From: Dehalococcoidia bacterium
Lineage (GTDB): Bacteria > Chloroflexota > Dehalococcoidia > GIF9 > AB-539-J10
Direction of reading: 5' to 3'
DNA length: 64,000 nt
Assembly (NCBI GenBank): GCA_007129495.1
Contig: SKVJ01000034.1
Location: 2,190-66,189, forward strand
Under the pieces are notes generated by a model. That model had not been told where the DNA came from, did not search any database, and saw only the letters and a program-made list of their open reading frames with translations. Positions 28,070 through 37,633 of the stretch are shown here, piece after piece; positions within the stretch are counted from its first letter, which is position 1; each line of letters starts with the position of its first letter. A program made the translations under genes and the position numbers.

Positions 28070-28581
28070 GTGAGGCGGAAGTAAGTGCGGCTGAAATTGA
28101 TCGACTGTATGACCGGTTGAACAGAGAAGCAGAGGCAGGAGGCTATCATCTCAATCCTGATGTCGAGTTCACAAAGGGGTTGGTCAAGAGCCTGATTGTA
28201 AACGAAGGAAGATATGGCTATTGGGCCTGTCCCTGCCGTCTCGCATCGGGGGACAAACAGGATGATCTGGATATAATCTGTCCGTGTGATTATCGCGACC
28301 CTGATCTAAGCGAGTACGGGGCCTGCTATTGCGCATTGTATGTTTCTGATGCCGTGCGTCGAGGGGAGAAGCAGCTAGGGAGCATACCGGAGCGGAGACC
28401 ATCGCCGGAAGAACGAGAGAAGGAAGCACAGAAGAGAAGTGGGAAGCTGACCGGGCTCTCACTGCCTGTATGGCGTTGCAAAGTGTGCGGTTATCTCTGC
28501 GCCATGGAGCATCCTCCGGAAGTGTGCCCTGTATGTAAGGCCAGGAAGGAACGCTTCGAGCGGTTTCTCGAACCCAGTTAG
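28066..28581 (+). CDS. Ferredoxin:thioredoxin reductase catalytic-subunit-like protein fused to a C-terminal rubredoxin-like domain
   Basis: The CPC...CPC...CYC cysteine pattern matches the FTR catalytic chain. The C-terminal WRCKVCGY...[11 protein letters not shown] resembles the rubrerythrin-type rubredoxin domain. Confidence 0.75.
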   Translation: MSEAEVSAAEIDRLYDRLNREAEAGGYHLNPDVEFTKGLVKSLIVNEGRYGYWACPCRLASGDKQDDLDIICPCDYRDPDLSEYGACYCALYVSDAVRRGEKQLGSIPERRPSPEEREKEAQKRSGKLTGLSLPVWRCKVCGYLCAMEHPPEVCPVCKARKERFERFLEPS

Positions 28582-28928
28582 CGAGAGTCAAACAGGACAA
28601 ACTCAGGTGACCTCGATCCGGTGCCCTGGTGATGCCGACGACCAAGGCATCCCAGCGAAAGAGTCACGTGTCATGTGATCTGGAAACTCAATCGCGAGGA
28701 GTGGAGGAGATCCGCTTTTCGCGCGAAACGAGGCGAGTGGGAACCGGTGTGACGGGCTCCAAAGGCTGGCTCACCGGGTTTTGGTGAGGTCGGATGAGGG
28801 TGCTAACTTCAGAGCCTGTCGGCCTGTGCGCGCTGGCCTAGATGTGCATTGGGAATCACAGACATCGCCGTAGATCGAGTTGCTCCGCAGCTACGGTCCA
28901 CTATAATGCATTGGTTCGAAGCTGCGAA

Positions 28929-28958
28929 TTGACCAACTGTTCAGTAATACTGTACATT
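28929..28958 (+). promoter_or_regulatory. Candidate promoter with a palindromic operator upstream of the XRE-cupin regulator
   Basis: TTGACC-N18-TACATT lies about 40 nt upstream of the ATG at 28998. The spacer contains the palindrome CAGTAATACTG (28942-28952). Confidence 0.25.
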
Positions 28959-28997
28959 TTCCTTCGGCACGGCATTGTTTCGTGACCAGCATTACCA

Positions 28998-29564
28998 ATG
29001 CCAGTCATAACTGAACAAGAACAAGTTGGTGAACAGTTGCGGCGCCTTCGGGCCGAACAGGGATTGTCAGTGCGCACCTTGGCCTCTCGGGCTGGCTTCT
29101 CTCCCAGTTTCATTTCTCAAGTAGAGAACGGGCAGGTGTCCCCTTCCATCTCGTCCCTTGAGCGCATCGCCGCCGTGCTTGGCGTGACATTGGCGGGGTT
29201 CTTTGGAAGATGGGGAAACCTGACTGGAACAGTCATGCGCTCGAACCAACCACAGGAGATGTCCAGTTCATGGTCGCGCGCTCGAATCGAATCGTTGTGT
29301 CCAGCTTCAGGCGAGAGTTCACTGGACGCGGTTATGATAACGATTGAGCCTGGTGGGCGCAGTGGCACCCAAGCATCCAGTCATGCAGGAGAGGAATTTG
29401 CATTCGCTTATCAAGGTGAGGTCATCTTGACCCTCGGTTCCGAATCCCTTGTGCTGAGTCAGGGTGATGCTGCGAGCTTTTCCTCTGACAGACCACACCT
29501 CTGGGAGAATTCTGGTCACGAGGCAGCACAGATCGTCATCGTATCTCCCCGGTTCACCCATTGA
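28998..29564 (+). CDS. XRE-family HTH transcriptional regulator with C-terminal cupin domain
   Basis: The N-terminal GEQLRRLRAEQGLSVRTLASRAGFSPSFISQVENG is a classic HTH_3. The C-terminal half is cupin-like. Confidence 0.8.
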   Translation: MPVITEQEQVGEQLRRLRAEQGLSVRTLASRAGFSPSFISQVENGQVSPSISSLERIAAVLGVTLAGFFGRWGNLTGTVMRSNQPQEMSSSWSRARIESLCPASGESSLDAVMITIEPGGRSGTQASSHAGEEFAFAYQGEVILTLGSESLVLSQGDAASFSSDRPHLWENSGHEAAQIVIVSPRFTH

Positions 29565-29613
29565 ATCCTGCCTCGTGCACGCAGTTTGAGTCCGAATGTC
29601 GTAAGGAGTCGTT

Positions 29614-31233
29614 TTGTCGTCGCTAAGTGAACTGACCACAACCACTAAGAGCGGTACACTGGCCCAGGAAGTGGCGCGGCACCGCACATTCGCCATTATT
29701 TCACACCCCGACGCGGGCAAAACCACCCTTACGGAAAAGCTGCTCCTCTATGTGGGAGCCGTTGAGTTGGCCGGAGCGGTGAGAGCACGCCGGAATCAGC
29801 GTCATACCGCGTCCGACTGGATGGCTATGGAGCAGGAGCGTGGTATTTCGGTTTCAGCAACCTCCCTGGAGATGGAATACCAGGGGTTTCGGATCAACCT
29901 GTTGGATACCCCCGGTCATCAGGACTTCAGTGAGGACACCTACCGGACGCTCATGGCAGTGGACAGCGCAGTCATGGTGATTGACGCCGCGAAAGGCATA
30001 GAGCCACAGACGGAGAAGCTTTTTCGGGTATGTCGGATGCGCGGCATTCCTATCATTACGTTCATCAACAAGATGGACCACCAAGCACGCGATCCCCTGG
30101 ACTTGTTAGACGAGATCGAACGCAACCTTGGCGTTGCTACCACGCCATTCAACTGGCCTATAGGCGACGGCCCCTGGTTCCAGGGAGTGTACGACCTTCG
30201 GAATGACCGCGTGCTACGGTACAGCAGGACCGCGCATGGACAGCGACGCGCTCCGGTCGAGGTCGCGGGCCTTGAAGATCCTCAATTGGCTAAAATGCTG
30301 GGTGATCAGGCGACACTTCACCTCCGGGAGCATGTTGAGTTGCTCGCAGGGGCAGGAAGCTCCTTCGCTCTTGATTCATTTCTGCGCGGGGAGGTAACAC
30401 CGGTATTCTTTGGTAGTGCACTCAACAACTTCGGCCTGGAGCCCTTTCTGGAAGCGTTGCTCCAGTTGGCGCCCCCGCCGACGCCACGCGAGAGCAATCT
30501 AGGTATGGTTGAACCCACCCATGAGACCTTCACCGGCTTCGTGTTCAAGATTCAAGCGAATATGAATCCTAAGCACCGTGATCGGATGGCCTTTCTGCGG
30601 GTCTGTTCCGGGCGCTTTGAAAAGGACATAACTGTTCAGCACCCCCGCTTGGGACGGAGTATTCGCCTGTCCCGTGCTTTTCGGCTTTTTGGTCGGGAAC
30701 GGGAGCCTATCGAGCAAGCCTATCCCGGAGACGTCATTGGACTGGTGAGTCCAGGGCTTTTCGCCATCGGCGATACGGTCACCTCCGGTGAGCCGCTCCG
30801 CTTTCCGCAAATACCGCGGTTCGCTCCTGAGAACTTCGGCATCATCGTGAATAAAGATATCGGCCGGTACAAGCAGTTCCATAAAGGTCTGCGGCAGTTA
30901 GAGGAGGAGGGGGCGGCACAACTGCTGCATGCCATCGGTGATGTGCAGCGGCAGCCTATCCTCGCTGTCGTTGGGGAGCTTCAATTTGATGTGGTGCTGG
31001 CCCGCCTGCACGGTGAGTACAGTGTCGACGCCCGCATCGAACGTCTTCCTCATACAGTGGCGCGATGGGTGGAAGGGACGGACGACGCTCTGGCGTGTCT
31101 CACGCTCCCCACACGGCGTAGTATGCGGTGTACCGACGGGCGCGGACGGGGAGTTCTGCTGTTCCCCTCCACATGGGAGTTGGAACACTGTCGGAAGGAT
31201 AACCCTGAGGTGAAGTTTGCAGCTATGGCTTAG
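29614..31233 (+). CDS. prfC: Peptide chain release factor 3
   Basis: RTFAIISHPDAGKTTLTEKLL, DWMAMEQERGISV and LLDTPGHQDFSEDTYR are GTPase motifs in the PrfC arrangement. TTG start lies 6 nt after AGGAG. Confidence 0.9.
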   Translation: MSSLSELTTTTKSGTLAQEVARHRTFAIISHPDAGKTTLTEKLLLYVGAVELAGAVRARRNQRHTASDWMAMEQERGISVSATSLEMEYQGFRINLLDTPGHQDFSEDTYRTLMAVDSAVMVIDAAKGIEPQTEKLFRVCRMRGIPIITFINKMDHQARDPLDLLDEIERNLGVATTPFNWPIGDGPWFQGVYDLRNDRVLRYSRTAHGQRRAPVEVAGLEDPQLAKMLGDQATLHLREHVELLAGAGSSFALDSFLRGEVTPVFFGSALNNFGLEPFLEALLQLAPPPTPRESNLGMVEPTHETFTGFVFKIQANMNPKHRDRMAFLRVCSGRFEKDITVQHPRLGRSIRLSRAFRLFGREREPIEQAYPGDVIGLVSPGLFAIGDTVTSGEPLRFPQIPRFAPENFGIIVNKDIGRYKQFHKGLRQLEEEGAAQLLHAIGDVQRQPILAVVGELQFDVVLARLHGEYSVDARIERLPHTVARWVEGTDDALACLTLPTRRSMRCTDGRGRGVLLFPSTWELEHCRKDNPEVKFAAMA

Positions 31234-31949
31234 TCACTGAATGCCCGGTGCTACTGGAGCAGTCACTACGGGTGTGTTCCATAAGGGGCAACTGAGATGG
31301 TGCCGATGCAGGGACGAAATGTGAATTCTTCAGCATATCTTGGGTGGTACGCATTGCGGCAGCAACACAGAAGTGCCCCAGGTGTCCTTACATCTCCTCG
31401 AAGGCTTCGATCTCCCAAGGGTTCGTGTCTTCCCTGTCCTGCAACCTAACGTCTCAGGACCTGACTGACGCTCACCCCTCAGGATCTCTGACCCTTCGAA
31501 GCCGCTTGGTGACCTGGGGCAGCATCTAATCTAGATCACGGGATGCTGGTTTGTCAAGCAACCGGTAGCTATGACAATCGATAATGGCATACAAATTTCC
31601 AGACCTGATGACCGTAGTGCCTGCAGCTGAAACGTCGTTCACTATTCGAATACATCCGTGAGACTGACTTCGTCGCCACCCTGTACTTCTGTATGATTGC
31701 CTGCTTGTTACGGCAATGGCGATGTGTATGGGTGACTCGTTGGAGTCTGAATTCCCTTGCGGCCGGGTACCAGAACTGTCCGTGGAATGGGATCGGGCGG
31801 CAGACTGGCGGATGCGCCTCACTATATTTGCCAGTAGGACTGAAGCGTCGCCCCTCCAACTCGGGCTACTGCAACCCCAGTTATCGACTGAAACTCCCTA
31901 TCCTCGGATTTCCACCTGAAGGGATGTTGGAACGTACCGTCGGGTTGGA

Positions 31950-32684
31950 TTAAATGAAATGCATCAAACTCATTCCGAGGACCACACCTACGGTTATTCC
32001 AGCAATCGCCACATGCGGAGTAGTAAGCTGGTACACCTCGGGAATCAGTTCATCGCAGACAATATAGAGCATCGCCCCTGCCGCGAATCCTAAGGCTAGA
32101 CCCATCGTCGTCGGCGAGATAATTCCCAGCAGTGACCCTATCGCCGCTCCTACTCCCATGGGCAGACCTGCCAGCAAAGTGACGAGCAGGATGCGGCGTG
32201 GGTGAGACCCCCCCGCCTTTAGTGGAACGGCAATCGCAAGACCTTCGGGGATATTGTGCAGTGCGATAAGGATTGCCAAGGTAATGCCGAGCGCCGGCGA
32301 GGCTATGAAACCTGCACCGATGGCCATCCCTTCCGGAAAATTATGCAGGGCGATTCCTATGGCGATAAGCAACCCCTTCCTTGTGTAGGTGGCCTCGCGG
32401 ATCTCCTCTGTGAAGAAGTGACTGTGCGGGAAGTACCGGTCCAACAGGAGGAAAGCTACTATTCCGAACAGAAGACCTGCGGTGGGAGCCGCAAACCCGA
32501 TCTCCAGCCCTTCCTCCAGCAACTCCAGAAACACGATGGTCAGCATGATCCCTGCCGCGAAGCCCAGCATCAATCCCAGAATCTTGGGGGATGGTTTGCG
32601 CACCAGGGTAGCCAGGACACCTCCCGTGCCTGTCCCAAGGGCGCCGGTAGCAAACCCTATAACTGTTATCTCCAGCCACTCCAT
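31950..32684 (-). CDS. ZIP family metal (zinc) transporter
   Basis: Two HNxPEG motifs (HNFPEGMAIG, HNIPEGLAIA) in a polytopic membrane protein. RBS AAGGAGAG lies upstream. Confidence 0.85.
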   Translation of the reverse strand: MEWLEITVIGFATGALGTGTGGVLATLVRKPSPKILGLMLGFAAGIMLTIVFLELLEEGLEIGFAAPTAGLLFGIVAFLLLDRYFPHSHFFTEEIREATYTRKGLLIAIGIALHNFPEGMAIGAGFIASPALGITLAILIALHNIPEGLAIAVPLKAGGSHPRRILLVTLLAGLPMGVGAAIGSLLGIISPTTMGLALGFAAGAMLYIVCDELIPEVYQLTTPHVAIAGITVGVVLGMSLMHFI

Positions 32685-32979
32685 GCGTTACTCTCCTTAA
32701 TGCATCTGTCGGGAACCATGCTACACCGACCCATTTTGGAGGCGATTATACGCAGCTACGCGTTTATGTCTCAAATCAGTCGGCGCTGCAGGCTGTCTGT
32801 AGTGGCCTCCCCTGTCGATCAGTCAGAGCTTGTGAACCAAGACCTCCGTGACGGCGGCTGGTGTCTTGGTCGCACGATTCCATTGCGCAGGGTCGCCGGA
32901 TCCCCTGCACAGGCCTGTATTGTGTTTCGGGAACACCGGAAGTATTATCTATGATCAGGTACCGAACCCGGGAGGATGT

Positions 32980-33189
32980 ATGCATTTGTTCAGAGCTTAC
33001 ACGTATACGTGGTGGCAGATAGGCATATTCAAGCTGGGGCTTCTGGCTGTCGGGGCTGCAATCGGCGCATACTGGCATGAATTCTTCAGAACTAACCTTA
33101 CCGCCTTGATCCTCGTAGCAATCATTGCCAGCGCCTATGTGCTGTTCATTTCGCTGAAACAGTTGGAACGTGATCAAGAGAGACGCTGA
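32980..33189 (+). CDS. Hypothetical small membrane protein (2 TM)
   Basis: Start trimmed to MHLFRAYTYTWW just after GGGAGGA. It has two hydrophobic helices. Confidence 0.45.
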   Translation: MHLFRAYTYTWWQIGIFKLGLLAVGAAIGAYWHEFFRTNLTALILVAIIASAYVLFISLKQLERDQERR

Positions 33190-33933
33190 TTGCTTGGCGG
33201 GACTCTGAGTTCAACTACCTGTCTTCGGAAGTAACAAAGTCAGGTGTTATCGCCTGCAAGGTCGAGAATTTCCTTGTCTGTTCCTCCCTTCAACCGCATA
33301 TCCGCGACTCATCGGAAGCGAATCCCTTCTGCTTTCTCTCACCTCCGCCTCGCATTGGCTTGCAGGCAGTCCTTCGAGCATCGCTCCGCTCTTGCCTGGC
33401 AATAAGGGCGGCAGGCAATGCGAAATAGGCCGACCGGTCGGTAGTGTCCACTTCGTCTCATCTGGGCACCCACACCGCAGGCCTCACGCAACGCTGATCC
33501 ATCTGGTTGGCCGACCTGCGGATAGTCACGAAGTGACCATGCTATTGGTGCTGTATAACCCTGAAGATTCTCGCACTTCCTCACGACCGAGCTTCCGTGC
33601 ACGAGGAATTGCGAGGTTCGCCGGCGAGGGTGACCTATGACTCCGCTTGGCGGTTCAGAGTTTCCAGCATACGGTTCCTCCTTGCCCCGTTACCGGAGAT
33701 CAACCAACTAATCGACTCCTCGTTCCGCCTCTCTGGATGCGGTGAAACCGTACCGTTTTGGTTTGTGAGGCTGATACGGTTCACTGAGCTCGGGGCATAT
33801 CGATATGCCTGCGTTCGACTTATACGGGGGGCTGGGGGAGTATGCGGTCTTTCGCCCTATAATCTCTTGAGCTTGGTAGCACTTCATCCGAGGTGCCTTA
33901 GTTTGTCCGACGTCCGTGTTCTAGATGTGCTGT

Positions 33934-33973
33934 GTGCAGGCAATTGACACCCTGAAACGCCTGCACATAGACT
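33934..33973 (+). promoter_or_regulatory. Candidate sigma70-type promoter overlapped by an inverted repeat, upstream of an MFS gene
   Basis: TTGACA (33944-33949), an 18-nt spacer, then TAGACT (33968-33973). The inverted repeat GTGCAGGC / GCCTGCAC (33934-33941 / 33959-33966) brackets the -35 and spacer. Confidence 0.3.
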
Positions 33974-34021
33974 CCATTGATCGTCTTGGTGTGATCCAGG
34001 TTCGTTGCAGGTATTTCCGGG

Positions 34022-35467
34022 ATGAACATCGTCAGGCTTGAGTATAAATGGGTTGCGCTCGTTGTAGTTGCTGTGGGCGTACTGATGGTCACGCTCGACG
34101 AGGGAGCGGTGCGCATAGTTCTGCCTGAACTGGCGAGGGTGTTCGATGCGGTTGCGGATGATGTTGTCTGGGTTCTGCTTATATACCTGCTGGTAGGAGC
34201 GGGTTTGATGTTCACACTCGGCTGGTTAGGCGACGTCTTTGGCCGAAAGCGTGTCTACATCTCCGGGTTGCTCCTTTTCACGGTAGGCTTGGGACTATCA
34301 TCTGTAGCCACTGGCCTCGGCCAGTTGATTGCTTTTCGAGGAGTACAGGCCATCGGCGGTGCGATGATGGTGTCGATGAGCAACGCCATAGTTGCTGCGT
34401 CATTTCCTGCAGGTGAGCGAGGGCGTGCACTGGGATTCATCGCGGCGGTCGTAGCCATCGGCTTGTTGGCGGGGCCGGCGATAGGCGGTGCCCTGGTTGA
34501 GTGGATCGACTGGCGTGCAGTGTTCTATCTCAGGATACCTGTCGGGGTCGTCGCCGTCCTACTTGCAGTACCGTTGCTGAAACGCGAGACTGTCACCAGA
34601 ACCCAGCGCAGGTTCGACCGTTCCGGCGCCACCACTCTTTTTCTGGGTCTATGCGCTATCCTCCTGGGTATCAATAGAGGGCAAGACCTTGGTTGGTTCT
34701 CCGTGCCTGTACTGGGTCTGATTGCAGCCGGAGCCCTCCTCCTGGTGGGATTCGTCAGAATTGAGCGAAATGCGTTCGATCCGGTACTGGACCTGTCGCT
34801 GTTCTCACACAGGGCATTTACTTCTGCGACCATCAATAACGCTCTCCTTTATGCCTCCACGATTACCATAGCCTTCACGACGCCCTTTCTTCTGCTGGAG
34901 GCCCTGTCTTTGCCTCCTTCCGTTGCCGGTCTTCTGCTGGCAACCGTTCCAGGGGTACGTGTTCTCGTTTCTCCATTAGCCGGACGTCTTTCAGATCGCG
35001 CAGGTCCCTATCTGTTCATTCTGGTGGGGTTGTTGATAGTAGCCGGTTCGGCTGCACTGATGCTGACCATCGATCTCGGCACAGGGGTGTGGTGGCTTCT
35101 GGCGTTGTTCGCGATGCTGGGCGTTGGTATGGGGGTATTTGTTGCACCGAATACCAGCGTAATCATGGGAGCTGTGACAACGGATCAACTCGGGACCGCA
35201 TCTGCAATGGTTGCTACATCGCGGCAGGTGGGACATTCAGTCGGTCTCGTTATTGCCGGTGCAATGTTCGCTCACTGGAGACTTGTGCGCCTGGATGACT
35301 GGCTTACACGGGGCGTCACACCCGAAGTGGCCAGTGCCCAGGCTACTCTGGCCGGATTTCACGCAACGGTAATAGTTGCAGTACTACTCGCCCTTGCAGG
35401 CGTTGTCCTCCTTGGGGTTCGGAGGGAGGACAGACATACCGATAGTCCGGAGCATGAGGTGAAGTGA
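34022..35467 (+). CDS. MFS transporter, 14-TM drug:H+ antiporter (DHA2/EmrB-QacA-like)
   Basis: About 480 aa with many TM segments. Carries the MFS motif A-like GDVFGRKRVY. Confidence 0.8.
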   Translation: MNIVRLEYKWVALVVVAVGVLMVTLDEGAVRIVLPELARVFDAVADDVVWVLLIYLLVGAGLMFTLGWLGDVFGRKRVYISGLLLFTVGLGLSSVATGLGQLIAFRGVQAIGGAMMVSMSNAIVAASFPAGERGRALGFIAAVVAIGLLAGPAIGGALVEWIDWRAVFYLRIPVGVVAVLLAVPLLKRETVTRTQRRFDRSGATTLFLGLCAILLGINRGQDLGWFSVPVLGLIAAGALLLVGFVRIERNAFDPVLDLSLFSHRAFTSATINNALLYASTITIAFTTPFLLLEALSLPPSVAGLLLATVPGVRVLVSPLAGRLSDRAGPYLFILVGLLIVAGSAALMLTIDLGTGVWWLLALFAMLGVGMGVFVAPNTSVIMGAVTTDQLGTASAMVATSRQVGHSVGLVIAGAMFAHWRLVRLDDWLTRGVTPEVASAQATLAGFHATVIVAVLLALAGVVLLGVRREDRHTDSPEHEVK

Positions 35468-35850
35468 ATCACCCATAACCAGGAGTACTGTGCTGGCCAG
35501 CTGGTGGGCGTGTCGTCGCGAGTCTGGATGTGACGGACGGGAGAGCCAAACTGACGATTCTGCTGACGGATACAGGGGCTGCTGCCTTGTTGGGTTCAGA
35601 GCAGTCATACACAGTATCTACAAACGGTCGCTGCCTGCCCGTAAGGTATCGCTGCGTATGGTGTTGACCTGCGCATCTAGCCGACATAATCCAGAAGTCT
35701 CAGGCAATTCTCCTGGCAGCACCAAAGCGCAACAGTCGGCCTAGTGCCGCTCTGCAAGTGCTACGCGATCAAGGATGCAGACTATCGTGGTAGCCGCCAT
35801 GGATTGGGCAGCGCGGATCCCGCGTCGACGAGCACCGGCCCGTCACCGGA

Positions 35851-35994
35851 TCAGGCCTGGCCCATCTTGAACACCTTCGTGCCGCAGCCGCCACACGTGC
35901 CTTGTACTGCCTGGCGACCGTTCTTCAAGGTGACTTGCTTTGGATCGTTCATCTCGACTTTCTTTCGGCACTTCATGCAGTACGCCTGAGCCAT
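35851..35994 (-). CDS. Small zinc-ribbon protein (DUF5679-like), 47 aa, absent from the ORF track
   Basis: Hand translation gives MAQAYCMKCRKKVEMNDPKQVTLKNGRQAVQGTCGGCGTKVFKMGQA. It has CxxC...CxxC and a strong RBS AAAGGAGG 6 nt upstream of the ATG. Confidence 0.7.
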   Translation of the reverse strand: MAQAYCMKCRKKVEMNDPKQVTLKNGRQAVQGTCGGCGTKVFKMGQA

Positions 35995-36151
35995 GTTACG
36001 CCTCCTTTTTGTGGGTGCCTCAATGTATGCAGGACTGCGAGCTTTGTCAATAGGCTTCGGGAGTATTCCTACATTCGTTAAAACGTCGGCGGATCATCAC
36101 CGGTTGAGGGGGTCGCCGGCCTCGGTCGCTCACAAACGCGATACATGGCGA

Positions 36152-36565
36152 CTAAGATACGTACTCGCCGACCAGAAACTCGTACATATTGGTTGCGGTG
36201 ACTACTACCTTGTCTCCATCGAAAGAGATGGTTGTCTGTCCAACTGCTGCATCCTCATACATGCTGTCGAACCATACCCATCCCGGTGGCCAGTTTCCAG
36301 TGCGACGAGGGCCCGACTTCCCATCCACCACTCCGTCCCCGTCACTGTCGACGAGCCTCACAGAGTTTGCCAGATTGCCATTCTGAAGGTATTCGACCTG
36401 CACAAAAAGGCCATCGTCATGCATCGGCTCCGCGACGATTCTGATAGTCCCCGGGTGCGTCGTATCGCAGCCTGCCGTGCCGCCGGCTACCGCCAGTACA
36501 ACAATGATTACCGCGATATACAGAATCCGGCGTGTCACGGAGCAAGAATTTTCATTGGCGTTCAT
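36152..36565 (-). CDS. Hypothetical lipoprotein / secreted protein
   Basis: Hydrophobic signal ILYIAVIIVVLAVAGGTAGC with a lipobox-like AGC. The start is uncertain (36565 or 36577). The antisense 200-aa ORF was judged spurious. Confidence 0.5.
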   Translation of the reverse strand: MNANENSCSVTRRILYIAVIIVVLAVAGGTAGCDTTHPGTIRIVAEPMHDDGLFVQVEYLQNGNLANSVRLVDSDGDGVVDGKSGPRRTGNWPPGWVWFDSMYEDAAVGQTTISFDGDKVVVTATNMYEFLVGEYVS

Positions 36566-36813
36566 TCTCACCTGCATTGTAACAGTAGTCGATAGGAATT
36601 CGGACAGCGCGTCAGGGTTCCGCTATCCATAATTCAGTGTGTCTCGTGTTGATCGGGCTGTGTTGTGGTCGTTCCTTCAACGATGGCGTATCCGAGCCGT
36701 ATTCTGGAATATACAACAATCGTCTGGTAGACTGGACGGGGTGAATTAAGGTGCGGGCAGCAGCCTTTGAACTAGCGCTCCTGTGTGTCCAGGACTGAAA
36801 GGAGGCATTTGCG

Positions 36814-37272
36814 ATGGAGTACCTGCAGTTCAGTCTCTGGTTCACCGTGATACACATCTTTGCATATCTCATCGCCGGCGCCATCGATTTTCGACTGGCA
36901 AAGCGCTTCTACGGTGGTAAACAACGAGACTTGGATTTCCTCAGGGATATGGCGGCTCCTGACGAGAGTCGGCGTGTGATGCCGCTGCTGGTTCCGAGCC
37001 AGATACTCCGCGGACTGCTGATGTCCGTAGTACTCTATCCGATACTGGGGGCGCTGGGGGATCTCTCCTTTGGCCTGCGGTTCGCCTTCTTTGCCGGACT
37101 GATGTTCGTGTACGCAGATTTTGCGTCTGCCATCCCATTCTCCAACACCATCGAAGGTTTCGTCTACATGAAGCGCCCTTATATGAAGAAGGAGTTATTC
37201 TGGATCATCCAACTCGAGGCCGTGATGTACAGTCTCATGTTCGGCGCCGCAGTGGCGTGGTTCCTGTTCTAG
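36814..37272 (+). CDS. Hypothetical integral membrane protein
   Basis: RBS AAAGGAGG lies 7 nt upstream. It has four hydrophobic segments. I recognise no family. Confidence 0.55.
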   Translation: MEYLQFSLWFTVIHIFAYLIAGAIDFRLAKRFYGGKQRDLDFLRDMAAPDESRRVMPLLVPSQILRGLLMSVVLYPILGALGDLSFGLRFAFFAGLMFVYADFASAIPFSNTIEGFVYMKRPYMKKELFWIIQLEAVMYSLMFGAAVAWFLF

Positions 37273-37584
37273 TTGCATCGGGACCTGGCGCAACATCCCT
37301 GTCTGCCACGGTGGTTATTCTTCGTATCCATCCATAAGGCATAAGGATCGTGGGGCGGGATGGAACGCACCTGTGTGGATGCGCTACTAACCACGCTGCC
37401 CGGACCTTATCTGGCTGTGAAGCCGTCTGTGTACTCGCTTCATTCGATAGGTTGAATCTTGATGGTTGTCCTGTGGGCTGCAGTGCAGCGTTTCTCAGGT
37501 GTATGACACTCCCTGTTGACGCCTTGGTGGCGTTGATGTCTTCCGCGTGGCACGCGTCATGAGTATCCTGGACCTGGTAGAGCA

Positions 37585-37618
37585 CAAAGAGGAAGGGGAA
37601 CGCGTGACACGTTCCCCT
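37585..37618 (-). terminator. Terminator candidate downstream of 37634..37915
   Basis: 9-bp stem AGGGGAACG / CGTTCCCCT with a 7-nt loop, followed on the minus strand by TCCTCTTTGTG. Confidence 0.45.
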
Positions 37619-37633
37619 TACAGATGCTAACCG

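Noticed and set aside
33635-33670. An 11-codon ORF (MLETLNRQAES) behind a strong AAGGAGGAA RBS on the minus strand.
   Set aside because: It is too short to call a gene, and the downstream frames do not continue a plausible protein. I mention it only as a possible relic under the intergenic finding.
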